A stretch of DNA of 64,000 bases from Phyllosticta citribraziliensis (taxonomy: Eukaryota), in the NCBI RefSeq assembly GCF_038025025.1, contig NW_027117339.1:2170001-2234000 (forward strand), written 5' to 3'. Both the position numbers and the translations under genes were made by a program. The notes beneath the pieces were generated by a model. That model was not told the origin of the DNA, made no database searches, and saw only the letters and a program-made list of their open reading frames with translations. The stretch's first letter is position 1. Each line of letters begins with the position of its first letter. Positions 11,201-23,000 of this stretch are shown one piece after another.

Positions 11201-13521
11201 TGATCCTCCATTTCAAGTCTGAGCACATTGGCGGAGTTGCTTTTAGTTCCCGTGAGCATAGTCCGGAATCCAGGCTCGACTGGAAGAAGGATATGATTGA
11301 TCTTCCGGAGGAAGGGGCAATTTCTGCACTCATTCAATCGCCAGGAATGGACGATAACAAGCTTCGGATTATAGCAGAGGCCTTTCCGAAACTGTTCCCA
11401 TCTCCTTTGCCGCATGTTGGCGTTGTTACCGAAGAGGAGCACCCAGAGGCCACCCGTACGGCTGAAAACCTCAACGTTCACCAGCCCTCTCCAAGACCTG
11501 CGCTGGAATCAGACAGGATTACCTCCCGTCATGATGTTCCGCAAGGATCGCACTTGCGGTCCGCTCCTGCGGCAGGACATGATCTTTGCCGGTCACCCGT
11601 TTCTCGGTCTTCAACCCTCGCTCCTCTTCCAGTGTCCCGCGGTGTCTTCGAGCAACACGATAGCCAGCCACGGCTCCAAGAAGCTCGAGGTGAGTCGAGG
11701 CCACCCCGGAGATACCATGAGCGTTCCTTCAGTCCTTCAGCTCGAGACCTAAGGACACGGGTGTATCTCGAGGAACCTGGCTATTACGTAAGTCGAAATT
11801 TCTGTGATTTTCCCGATGAACCCAAAGTAACCGTCTTTCAGGGTTCAAGAGACTACCGAGACATTAGGGACCGGGACTATGATGGGGCTTGGCGAGATCC
11901 CTATGGTCCCTTGAGTTCAGCAGCCGTGCGCAGATATTCCCACTATGGTCGCATGTACGAAGATGATTGGGAAAGGTCTCATGCATCAGACCGCTATTAT
12001 CTCGAGCGAGAAGATGACCCTCGGGAGCGCGCGCCAACAAGGAGTGGACTTCGCTATCTGGACAGGCCAGAATTCAGCACTGGACCATCACAAGTTGGGA
12101 ACCACGAACCTCGCCCAAGAGATTCGGAGAGAGCCGATGCGCGCACAGTGTCTCGAGAGCCTCCAGCTAGAACATCTGCAGCGCCTAATGTAGAAGCTGA
12201 TGCTGAGCGTTTCCTGAACGACCTCGATAGAGACCAGGACCAGGCTCGCGGATACGTTTCTAGGGCCGCCCGAGATGAAGCGCGGGAAGATGCTGAGGAT
12301 AGAATGCGCCAGCCTCTACAAGCTCCAGAAGAGCCAGCAGCCCATCCTGTCGAAGATTCGAATGCAAACGGTTCCAATCCTAGCGCCACAAGGCCTGGCA
12401 CCTCCGGTCAGAACCGCGCAACCTTGGATCCAGATTCAACGGCAGGACGTGCACAAGCGCCATTGGAGAGGTACTACCGGGACGAGGAATACAGACCATC
12501 TGCGCAGTACGACCCTGAACCACGGCGTTATGCCTACGGCCCATCGCGCTATCACAGGTACAGCATGTACCATGAAGAGCCTTACTATGAGCCTGAGCGT
12601 CTTGCGCGAGCGCGCGGCAGTCGCTTCAGCCGCTACGAAGCCACCCGCAGACGTCTCGAGCAGTCCAAGTCGCCTACACGAGAAGCAACCTCACAACCGG
12701 AGCGTCTCCCAGGATCTCCCTCTCTGCCGCCACCTCCTGAGAGAACTCGCGATGAACCACAGCCCCACGTCCATGGAGTACCTCCGCGCGATTACTATCA
12801 CCCGTACGACGAGCATGACCGCTACTCCCACCGTCCATCTCCACTCCTCGACTACGGCTACACTGGAATGGCGCCTAGGCATCGTTCCGCCAGACCTGGC
12901 CCCGCCTACATCAACGAGTATGGCGAGTATGTCGAGTACGTCCGCGTTCGCGACCCGTACCGCGACCCGTACCGCGACCCTTACCACTCTGAGCACCGTC
13001 GCCGCTACCTTCCCGAAGCACCAGCTGCTGGGCCTTCTGCGCCTCCTTCGCACCGAGGTGGTGACCCACGTCTTGCCAGATACTACGATTATGCTCAAGA
13101 CGACTTGCGTGACCCCCGCGACCCCCGCACCGACGCCGACCGCTACGACTACCACCGTGGCGTTGTCGAAGACGAAGTGCGCTATGCTTCTTTTGAACGT
13201 GACCGGGAATACCACGACCGCAGTGGCGCGTATTACGGGAGGCCAAGGGATGCGGATGCCTTACCTGTACCAAGAGGAAGGGAGAGCATTGTCCAAAGGG
13301 ACTTCGAGCGTGACAGGGACCGAAGGTCGGAATTTCATGGGCAATCGGTTGGACCGCCCGAGGCTGGACCGCTCGCCGATAGTCAAAGGGAGCGAGAGGA
13401 GAGGAGAGAGAGCGTCGCGGTGTCGATGGCACCACCACTGGCGCCACCGCCGCCTGCCACGGAGAGGGAGGGTGGTGCGGCCACAGGAGGAAGGGAAAGA
13501 GAGGAGGGTGGAGACGAGTGA
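8211..13521 (+). CDS. Large F-box-like protein with zinc-binding (CxxC..CxxC and C2H2-like) domains and a long Pro/Arg/Asp/Tyr low-complexity tail, ~1692 aa
   Basis: F-box-like ARLPGHVWQHIFLYLHPLTLGRLLRVNRAF; CQFC...CGRC; CRGDGC..FEGIIQHFGAKH; CRAC..LILHFKSEH. Introns 8805-8858, 9298-9421 (CTAAC branch at 9403, AAG acceptor) and 11788-11841 give a continuous frame. Confidence 0.82.
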
Positions 13522-14396
13522 GTAGGGAGTGCGTGGAACTAATTCGAGGAAAAACAGTGAGGTGGGATGAAACTGCATTGGCATGGCATAGCACAGCATG
13601 GGAGCATTGCATGGCGTACGAATGATGCAAGAGCATGGCGCGGAGCATGTATGTATGTTTTGTGATTGCTGGGCACTTTCTCATTCACTCGACATGAAGA
13701 AGACAGGAGAAGAGGGGGAGTAAGTATGAGACGAAAGGCAGGGACGGGTGGTTTACGACAACCGACGATGACGACGATGACGCTGACGCCGACGCAGATT
13801 GTGGCATTTTCCCTACTTTCCACTGTCTCCTTGCACTTTCCCATTTGTCTTCCTCCTTGTACCAAATTTCCTTTTTTCTCCTATCATCCTCTCTTTCAAT
13901 CAGTGCCATTTTCTTGATCATCGGAGGTGAAAAGGAGAAGAGGGGCTTGAGTTGTCAATATATGGTAGCATAACATAGGTAGGTATGTATGTAGGTATGT
14001 AGGTAGGCTTCATCAATACGACTAATGACCATCGGACTTTCTCTGGGCCAATGCCCGCTACGCGGCCCGGTCGATCGCTTCCGCGTTGTTTTTGCGTAAT
14101 GAAGGCAGGCCATCAAGAGCAGCGGTAGAGCGGATACGAGGCCTTGGTCCACTCAGGCGTCTGTCGGCTAGGCACGTGTAACACACCTTGGTTGTTGACG
14201 TCCGGTCCGGGGAATGACTGGCTCGAGTTCTGACTCTAGCTTTCCGACGCGTTGGTGAACAGTGCATGAACGCTCCCTGCAAGCTCGCTTGGCTTGGGGC
14301 GCAGATTTTCGGACAGACTTGCCTCGAGACCGTTCAGATGTGCTGGCGAGAGAGGGTTGTACTTTGTGGCTATATTGAGCCACCGTCAGTCTGATT

Positions 14397-15048
14397 TTAC
14401 CTTTCCACAATTTCGCTCCGAAGGCGGATGCGAGAGGTTGAACTGATGTCCCGCTCAAAGCGAACAGTCGAGCTGCACTATCCAGTCCTATGACATACCA
14501 GTCTATTGTCCTTCGAGAGAAACGCCTCCAAATTGCGAGCAGATCGAGCATCAGCCGCCAGGAAAAGAGCAGCAAGATTCTGGAGTTTGATATCGGGAAG
14601 AAATCGAGGCGCAGGTCGTTTTGCAGTCCTCAGACGGTGCAGCTTTCGGTGGCCTTTTCCAGTTTGATGTTTGCGAAGTGGAACAAACTCTCCTTCCGTA
14701 CCACAGGTCATGTCGAACAAGTATTTGAATACTGCGTTGACCGCAAGCGCTAGCCAATGTTTACCAAGTGTCTTCGCTACGTGCCCAGGTGCGCACTTCG
14801 TACAAGAATCGTTGATGTGTCCCAGAAGCTTCAAAAGTCGACACGAGGACCTCTCGCCTGGATGCAATTTGTACGCAGGCTACTTGTTAGCAAGTTGGCG
14901 AAGGCGCTTCAATCCCCTGACTGACGTGGGACCACAGAAACACGCTTCGGTTCGGTCGTCGGCGCCCACCGCTGGTACGAAAAGGTCTCGTTTCTTGTCT
15001 CCGAAAGAGGGCTTGCAGTTGAGACAGCTTTGAAAGTTGCAGTGCCAT
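14397..15048 (-). pseudogene. Decayed paralog of the Cys-rich gene at 53957-54712
   Basis: Collinear motif similarity by eye: MALQLSKLSQLQALFRR vs MALIEKLRQLFRR; SCTKCAPG vs SCASCDPS; GKHWL vs GKNHL; FVPLRKHQ vs LLPIKRIQ; FLPDIKLQNL vs ICPHIRFCDL; CHRTG*CSSTVRF vs CKTRYCRTEFEF. In-frame stops at 14880-14882 and 14478-14480. Confidence 0.5.
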
Positions 15049-15359
15049 TTTTCCGCCAACGAGCGAGGGGCACCAACCAATCAAAACCCACTGCTCAAAC
15101 AGCCTTCACCTTTCCACAAGCCTCTGCCCAACATCAGAGGCCAGCGTCTACAGATCTCAGCTGAGCCGCCGCCTTGGTCAAATTCTGCGCCCGGGCTGTG
15201 GCTTTCTGCAAGGGTCAAGCATCTCACTTTCAGCTTCCTCGTTCGCCTCTCTGCTTTTCATCGCCGCCATCACTACCAACCTCGACCTCACCCGCACAAC
15301 TGAGGCTATCGATGCCCAATTAGTCGAAAGTCCAAATACAGGAAAGGATACTGACGACC

Positions 15360-16305
15360 ATGACAAGGGCAATTCCCAAGCTGAAGGGCCGAAGAAATTT
15401 CAACTGCTGGCGTAGGGCCGTCGTGTCCGCCTTGGCCGAACGCGAGCTTTGGGATTATGTGAGCGGAAGGATTCCAAAGCCTCCAGGGCCTGCATATGAC
15501 GACGTGTTCAACCTCAGCGTGAAGAATTACATGGACGCCGAACACGACCTTTCAGAATGGATCAAAAACGACAACAAGGCAATCGAGCAGATCACCAACA
15601 CTGTTCCGTCGTGGATGATCAACATGCTGAACGCCGAAGAGCGTAAAACATCGAAGGCCATGTTCAGTGGATTGAGCAACCGCTACAGCCCGAAGGAAGA
15701 CGACCACTATAATCGAGTGACGCGCTGGACAGTTCTGTGGTGGGATGGAACGTCAGACTTGTCCAAGTTTCTCGAGGAGTGGACCGCGGCACTTGCGGAT
15801 TGTCTTGACAAGAATGGATCAATTACCCCAATCTGCCAAGCCAGCCAGCTCGCGTTCGCAGTCAGAGATCAGGGCAGCAAAGAAGTCGATACCTGGGCTT
15901 CCGCTGTTTTCGGGAGATGCGCGAAGGACACAGTCTCGCCGCTTCACGAACTGCTGGAAGAATTGGTTGAAGTGGTGGAAAAGCAGATGGAGAGAGAAGC
16001 GACGATTCCATGAAGAAAGAAAGAGTCAGGTATGGAAGAGCAAAGATGCGAAAGGTGCGAGAGATCACGACATACCAAAGTTGGAGGCGATGGGGGAGAG
16101 GACCGCACCTTGCAGCTTGTGCCAGGTCATCAGCCCAGACATAAAAGAGCGACATGACCAACATCATATTCTCAAAAGGCAAGAAAGCTTTGAAATCGGG
16201 AAAGGAGAGTCAGATAAGGAGGAGAAAAGGTCGGCATGGCGGACAATGCAATCGGGTTTGCTCAAAGGCCGGAAATGGGTTGGAAGGTCGTGGATACAAA
16301 AATGA
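15360..16305 (+). mobile_element. Ty1/copia gag-like gene, copy 1 (intact 217-aa ORF 15360-16013; degenerate knuckle and tail beyond the stop)
   Basis: IPKLKGRRNFNCWRRAVVSALAERELWDYVSG is a classic copia gag N-terminus. After the in-frame TGA at 16011 the frame reads RKKESGMEEQR-CERCERSRHTKVGG (CX2CX4HX4, last C lost). No pol motifs follow. Confidence 0.75.
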
Positions 16306-17054
16306 GTTAGTGGCAGCTGGATTCCGAAAAGCTGGTGAATGCTCCCAGCCAACAGATTAGCAGAATCTTCTTGACTTTGTCTCCGTGTCGTGACGATGCT
16401 AGGTGCCTCTCAGGCATGTGGTTGCAGGGGTAGTTAGGCATTGGCCCGTCGTAGAATCAGCAAACAAGTGAGAGCTGCTTGCGCTGCCGTAATAGCCCAT
16501 GAGTACAGATACTCAGTCAAGTCTCCAAGTGCAAAGAAGCTTCCACTACGTTCAGGTCCAGAAGCGCATCATCTTTTGAGCAGTAGTTTGCCGGCGCTCG
16601 CGTAAATTACCCAATTGGGATTAGGGCGGGCGCGTTTGGTCGTCGCGTCGCGCTCTGCAACACCATTCGCTCTCCATCACCACTATCAATCCTGCGCATG
16701 AAGGCTCCCCCAGCTCAAGGTCCGCGACAAAACTTGTCGAGGCCAGAGCGCTAGCCGTTGCGTCATCGGACTCTCACCAAAAACCTCACCTGTTTCTTTT
16801 CAGCGCCCGGCTGCGTTTTCGAATTTCACGAATCACCTCCAATCGTCGTTGGCCTGGACTTCGCCTGGCGTCAATGCAAATTCGCGGAGCGGCGCTTCGA
16901 ACACTCCCTCCACTACCCAGCTTCACTTCTTTTCCATTTTCTCGCTCACGGCGCCTTTGTCTTCCTTCAACTCCAAAGGACCACACACGTTGCTCCACTC
17001 GCCCACGCTGCGCCCTGCGACCTCACCCAGCACAATCATTTGCAACGCTCCAGA

Positions 17055-20000
17055 ATGGTTGGTCTCACGAGACCCCATGGGGCCATCCTTGAAAGATTGA
17101 TCTTCCACGTCGTCCTTCCCGAAAAGCTTCCAGGCCGACAAGAAGAAAGCAATCCAGAGATAGCGGCCGCTCTCACCGAGCGTCTGCTCCAAGCCAGCCG
17201 CACGCTCAGAGATCACGCACCGCACGAGGACTTTCAGCTGTGGGATGACCTGCGACGCATCATCATTACGGCGGAGGAAGTCAATCGCAATGGTCAACCA
17301 AGCAAGGCTGCCCTCATCAAAGCATTTCATGAGCTTGAGCCCGGCGGTGTGATCATTCTTCACGTAAGGGAGCAGAACGCAGGAGTCCTAATCAGCAGAC
17401 CCTCAAAGTATGTGGTCTACTTGAGTGAATTTTCCTCCCATTTCACTAATGTTCAATCCCAGGGAGCGTTCCTCCGTCTTCTTTGAAGCCTTTGAGGCCT
17501 CACCGCGATCCGAAGATGTTCTTGCAGCTCCAGACGCTCTACAGTGGGACTTCCCAGGCGCCGCGGCGGTCATCCCGTATACGGAATTCTCGAATGAGGC
17601 ATTCCAAGACAGCCTAGCACATTTCCTCCAACAAAGCACCACCCAGGCCCTAAAGCAGTTCGCAGCACGTGCACGCAAGTCTGGATCCTCTGTGGTTGAG
17701 ATTCGCGACACACCTGATCCTGCCATCATCACACACATGCTGATGACTTTGTTGAGGTCATACGGCGTCCCATCCAATCCTCCTGTCCTGCGGAAGCGCG
17801 TGCGGGATGATGTGTGCTGGTCCGACGGCGCTGAGATGCCTTGGCGGCGATGCCCTGACTGGCTCGTGCTGCGTGTCGGCCTCGCAAGATATCTGTGCAA
17901 TACATACGGTGGTGAGGTGGGACGAGCACGCTACAAGTTTCTCATGTGCGTAATCCTGGCAAACCTCCTCCGCGATGCCGTCGGTGTTGTGAGCTTGCAG
18001 CCACTACACAATCTGAGGGCAAAGCTTGCGCGTCGCCTTGCGAAACTTGAGACTCACAGAAGGCAATGCTCGGCCGCGACTGAAGCAGTATACCAATCCT
18101 TCTTCTCAAAACTTGGGCCGCTTTTTCATGAGTCGCTCCAGACGGCCAGCGGCCATATCGAATCAGAGTGGGCTGCCTTCAAAAAAAAGAACCAGACACC
18201 CGTGAGGCCTCTTCCACTCCGAGCTGAACCTGTCAACCTCACCTTGTCTTTGCCGAAAAGCAGCGCCTATTTGAACGCTATATTACTCGACCCTCTTCCC
18301 AACGATCGCCACTCCCTTTTTCCGACTCAATTCGATGGCTATGCGGTCAACCAAGCTTTTCAAGCCTTTAGCGAGCTTTACCACGGCCTTAATGAGGTTG
18401 AACATGAAATCGAAGATGGCAGCTTCAGCAGCTCCATAAAGCACCTTGATGATGAGGACGCTTGCGCTGAGATATCGAGAAAGATTGAGAGCTACATGCA
18501 AAGCGTGGGGCCAGCTTATGATGGCATGGCCACTCAAAAGAGCCTCATGATACTGACATTACTGGAATTGTGGACGATGATGGACAAACACGCGATCAAA
18601 GAAATACCACTCTTGTCTAGCTACCACCCAGGATTCTACTCTAGCACCCTCAGCGTCCTGCACCTCCCTCGGTACGCCGACATGTGCCGGCTGCAGCGCA
18701 TCCAAAAGTATCTCGACGAACGCTCCCAGAACGCGGACTTTCAGGAGAGGACCATTTTTGAGAATCCAAGCGTTGGATGCTTTGCCGAAAGGTACTACGA
18801 CGAGTATGACGATTCTGGGGAGCTGAGGGACCTCCATGAGTGCATCGAAGAGCATGCCCAGACTATGCGCGAGCTCAAAGCGGAGGAGCTGGCGATTGCC
18901 AACAAGGAGTTCGAGGAAAACGAACGCGAGATCGCCCAAAGCTCCTGCATCTACATCCAAAGCGTCACCGGGAGCATTCCGTTTCATGACAAACGCAATT
19001 GTAAAAGATGCGATCTGTTTCGTAAAAAAAGCGAAATGGAAATTGAAGTTTACGAGCATCCACTGCCATCAGACTCGGCGTCGAGCAAAGCGGCAGTGTT
19101 TGAACTGTGTTGTCCAGCGGCCTTTGCGATTTACCGCAGCACGACATGGAGAGTTCAACATTTCCTGGTCTACCCCGGCGCCAGCGCCTCAGTTGAACCA
19201 CGCGTTTTGCTCCAAGACTACCTCCCGCTTCGCCCATTTGTGGAATATTCATTTGGACCCGTCACATTGGCTTCCACTACGAAGTCCTTCCTAGGCACTC
19301 ATTTTCGTTGGGCAAAACGACTCCCAGCGAGCGAGAGCGAAGTGTGCCAGCCCAGCGGTCTCACCGGACTCGGCTATTACGAGCCATCCAGCAAAACCTG
19401 GCCTGGTCGGCAGACGACCAGGAAGCATTCGTTGGCACATCACTTTCAGTGGGCGACACCACCGAGCTCCGCTTTGTCATGCCTCAAATCTTCCCCCACT
19501 TTCGCTGTCGACTCCAACGGGCCTTCCTCGCACGATATTCTCGCCAGCCAGACCAAGTGCCCGGCTGGTGTGAATACACAAGAGTTCATGGCGTATCAAA
19601 GCCTTTTCGCTGGCAAACATCGCCGTTGGCCTTCAATTCTGATTGAGTTAGGGTCCTCCAATTTAAATTTCAGCAAAGAAGAAACAACTGCAATCATAGC
19701 CCAGCTAGCTGTTCAGGCAGGGCCTGCAAAAGGCACAGATCCGCTGCGTCTCACGCACGGTATCTTCCGCGATGAGGCCTTCTGCACGAGGCTGCTGTCT
19801 CAAATCGAATGGCGACTAGATTCAATCTCTTTGAACTGGCGTGAGACGAACTTGATGGAGCTGCTCATCACGCTGCTTCTTCGCACAGCGACGCTGGCTC
19901 ATAGATCTACCGCAGTGAAAGCGCTCGATCTCCTTGATTCAGCCCGGCGCGTGACTGGTCATTGGATCAGACAGCTACGCGACGAGATCCACCAAGCAAA

Positions 20001-23000
20001 GGACTCCGAAGCCTCCCGAAGATGCTCCAGGTACGCTCTTTGGGCAGCCCTGCTCTGTCGCAGGACATATGCTACTCTGATTGATGAGATTGGCCAGCCT
20101 GGAAGCATTCAGCCCCAAGCAGTTCAGTGCTTCGTTGAAGAATCTATCGCGCTTCAAGACAATCTTGTCAGCAATCCAGCGACGCTGCCAGCATCTCTCA
20201 AGCAAGCGGTGGTCCGCGATTTCCGAATGCGTTTCTTGATGAAGGCGCTTGTTCGAAAATCCATCGAATGCTCCCCCGGCAGTGTGACCACCGCAATCGA
20301 CACGGTTTGGCCAAGACCGAACGGCGGCCATCCAAGGATCTACTCAAGCCCCAAATTTTTGAACGCTCCCCAGGACAACGCACAGTGGGTCGAATTCGAA
20401 GTGGATGGGAACGTCGAGGAGAAGGGACAGACCGTGCATTACGAGATGCACGACGGCCATCTCCTCATCGACCAGAATCCTCTTGGCAGACTTCCCATTG
20501 AACTTAGAGGGTCTGTTGTGCTTGAGGAACTGTTTGGCACACAACGATTGCGTACTTATCCCTCGTCGTTGCGCGGGATGACGCATATGCTGAGCTGCAC
20601 CCCGAAAGGCCATCAGATCCATATTGGCTTGCGCAATGGCTTGTTGTTTGTTCGCGCGTATCACTGCGGCAATATCCTTGAGCTGATTCCTAGGACCTTG
20701 TTCGCAGAGGATCTGCCAGCATCTCTGGTAGAGAATTGTCTACACTGGCTCAATGTGCAAACAGGACAAATGGAGGTCCGTCAACGCCCGGATATCTGGA
20801 TTTGTAAGCCGAGCAACTGGATTGTGGATGTACCTCTTCGGCTCGCACGTCGCCGCAAAAGCACGCTGGTTGATCCCCACAGTTCGCTGTTTCAGAGAGT
20901 CGCACGAATGCTCCTTGGGTTCGAGTATCCTTCGCAACTGACGGTCTACCAGCCCGAAAGTTTCAGGCTTTCGGTTGAACTACGCCGTCTTGAACTGAGC
21001 TTCCACGTGAACCACAATGGCCTCCTCTACTGCAAGGAGCTGAAAGCCGAGATCGATCCTGATCAGGATGCTGGAACATGGTACGGCCTCGATTCCAAAG
21101 TTGTCGTCAGGGACCCAGACAACCCACGACGAAGGAGCATCCTCGTTCCCATGGGGCCATTATCTTGGACGCGCAACGGCTGTCATGTGGCTATCAGCGT
21201 ACAGAACATTGGCGAATACGGCATTTTCACGATCAACGACGTGTTAGGACGTATTGACTGTCAATGTGAGGGTCGACTTCTCTACATGAAGGCCCAGTTG
21301 CACGCTTTTACCTCTTTCGTGCTGCCCGACCCTCTTACCCGGCGGACCGGGACGGAGGAAGCTCTCCATTGCCTGAGGTCGAGTCTCTGCCAGCCTTGGA
21401 CGCCGCTCAACCCTGCTTGGTCGAAAATGCTTGACTCCATCGCAAAGCTAACTCCCAAGAGGGTGTACTATCCGAAAGGTTTGAAGAGCATGCAACAGGT
21501 CTTTTGGGACCCGAATCTCACCACAAGCATTCAGAACGACCAGTTCTGGTCCGTCATTACTGCAATCTATGACAGTTCTTCGGCCCTTTCTATTTTCTCC
21601 CCAAAAGAAGTCATCATCCAGTGTCCCGAACGTGGCGGCAGTGGACACCTGTCCAGCCGCAGTCAAAGAAGGCGGCGCGCTTTCTGGCGGCGGAGCGACC
21701 GCGATGAGCAGCATTCAAGGACGCCAGACACACCCTATAAATCACGAGATCGTTCGAAAAAGATGGAAGAGTGCGCCAGAGTCTATGAGGCCGTTTCACT
21801 CATACGCTCATGGGATGCGCGTTTGCCCCAGCGGCCACATCTCGTTGCTCTGCTCAATGGCTTACCAAACATTCAAGGACACGGACACCAGTTTAACGAC
21901 ACACTTTTGAGCGACCTGCTCGATGTGAATTTCGGCCTCGAATGGGGCTCCCTGGTGGATTTGTGTCGTCGGTCAAGCGAGCGAGAAAAGCACTCTCTCA
22001 GCTTTCTGTTCGGAATCATGTCATTCCACCAGGATGTAGACATTGAAATCATCAGAGTTCTTATCGCCTTTGCGGTTTCCAAAGATCTCAAAGCCATCAA
22101 GCCTCCAATGTGGCAATCCTACTCCCACTTCAGGCACGGCCAGGTCCCATCAGTCAATTACATCTCGCAGATCATCGGCAGCTTCCGCACTCCCTACATG
22201 TGTGACGGAGAGAGGGCGTTCATCCCCAATGCGAAGCTGAAGCGGAAGAAAGAGTTGGAGCATCACCAGAAATCAGAGCGCGATGTCAGTCTTCTCGCGA
22301 AATTCTTCGTACAACAATGGCCATGCGCTGAACCGACCGTTGACAAGCTCACCAGCAGCCAATCTCTCCTCGTAGACGTCTTTCGGGCCTTGGAAGTGAT
22401 TCGGCCGGAGTGGGTACGTCTGTTCCAAAACTGGGAGCTCTCCGAATACATCGCACGTGTCCAGCAGGTGCTGGATCAATTCAGCTTTGGGGGTGAACTT
22501 TTGGTGCCGGAGGTTTGCCCTGGGAACCCCGATGTCCTTTCAAGAAGCTTCAATCCCATCGACGTCCCGAGCCTTGGTGAACTGCTACGGAAGCGATGTA
22601 TTTTGAGTAAAGAGGGCGCAGAATCACCTACAAGGGAACGACAGGATCTGCAGCATCGACGCATTGACTTACCAATCTCCGAAATCAATTGCCAAGCGAA
22701 GAACGATGATGTTCTCACTCCAGAGGTGCAGGAACTGGAAGCAGTGGTTTCCAGGCTTGTTTCTTCAAGCTCGACCGTTCGGCATGAATATGGTAAAGAC
22801 CTACAACGGAGCTTAGATGCGCTCAAACTCGGCCAAACCGCATCCCGGCACCAGAAAGAGAAGCCCTCAATCACCGTCAACACTTCCTCCGAATCGGTCG
22901 TCAACGCCCGCTTCGACCGCATCTGTAAAGGCCTACACTCGCGCGATGCTCGCGCTGCGTGGCTCGACGCAGGTGGCTTGTGGCCATGTATCAGTCCCAC

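Noticed and set aside
12275..13525. 416-aa alternative-frame ORF within the F-box gene tail
   Set aside because: Low-complexity Thr-rich by-product of the Asp/Tyr/Arg-rich main frame.
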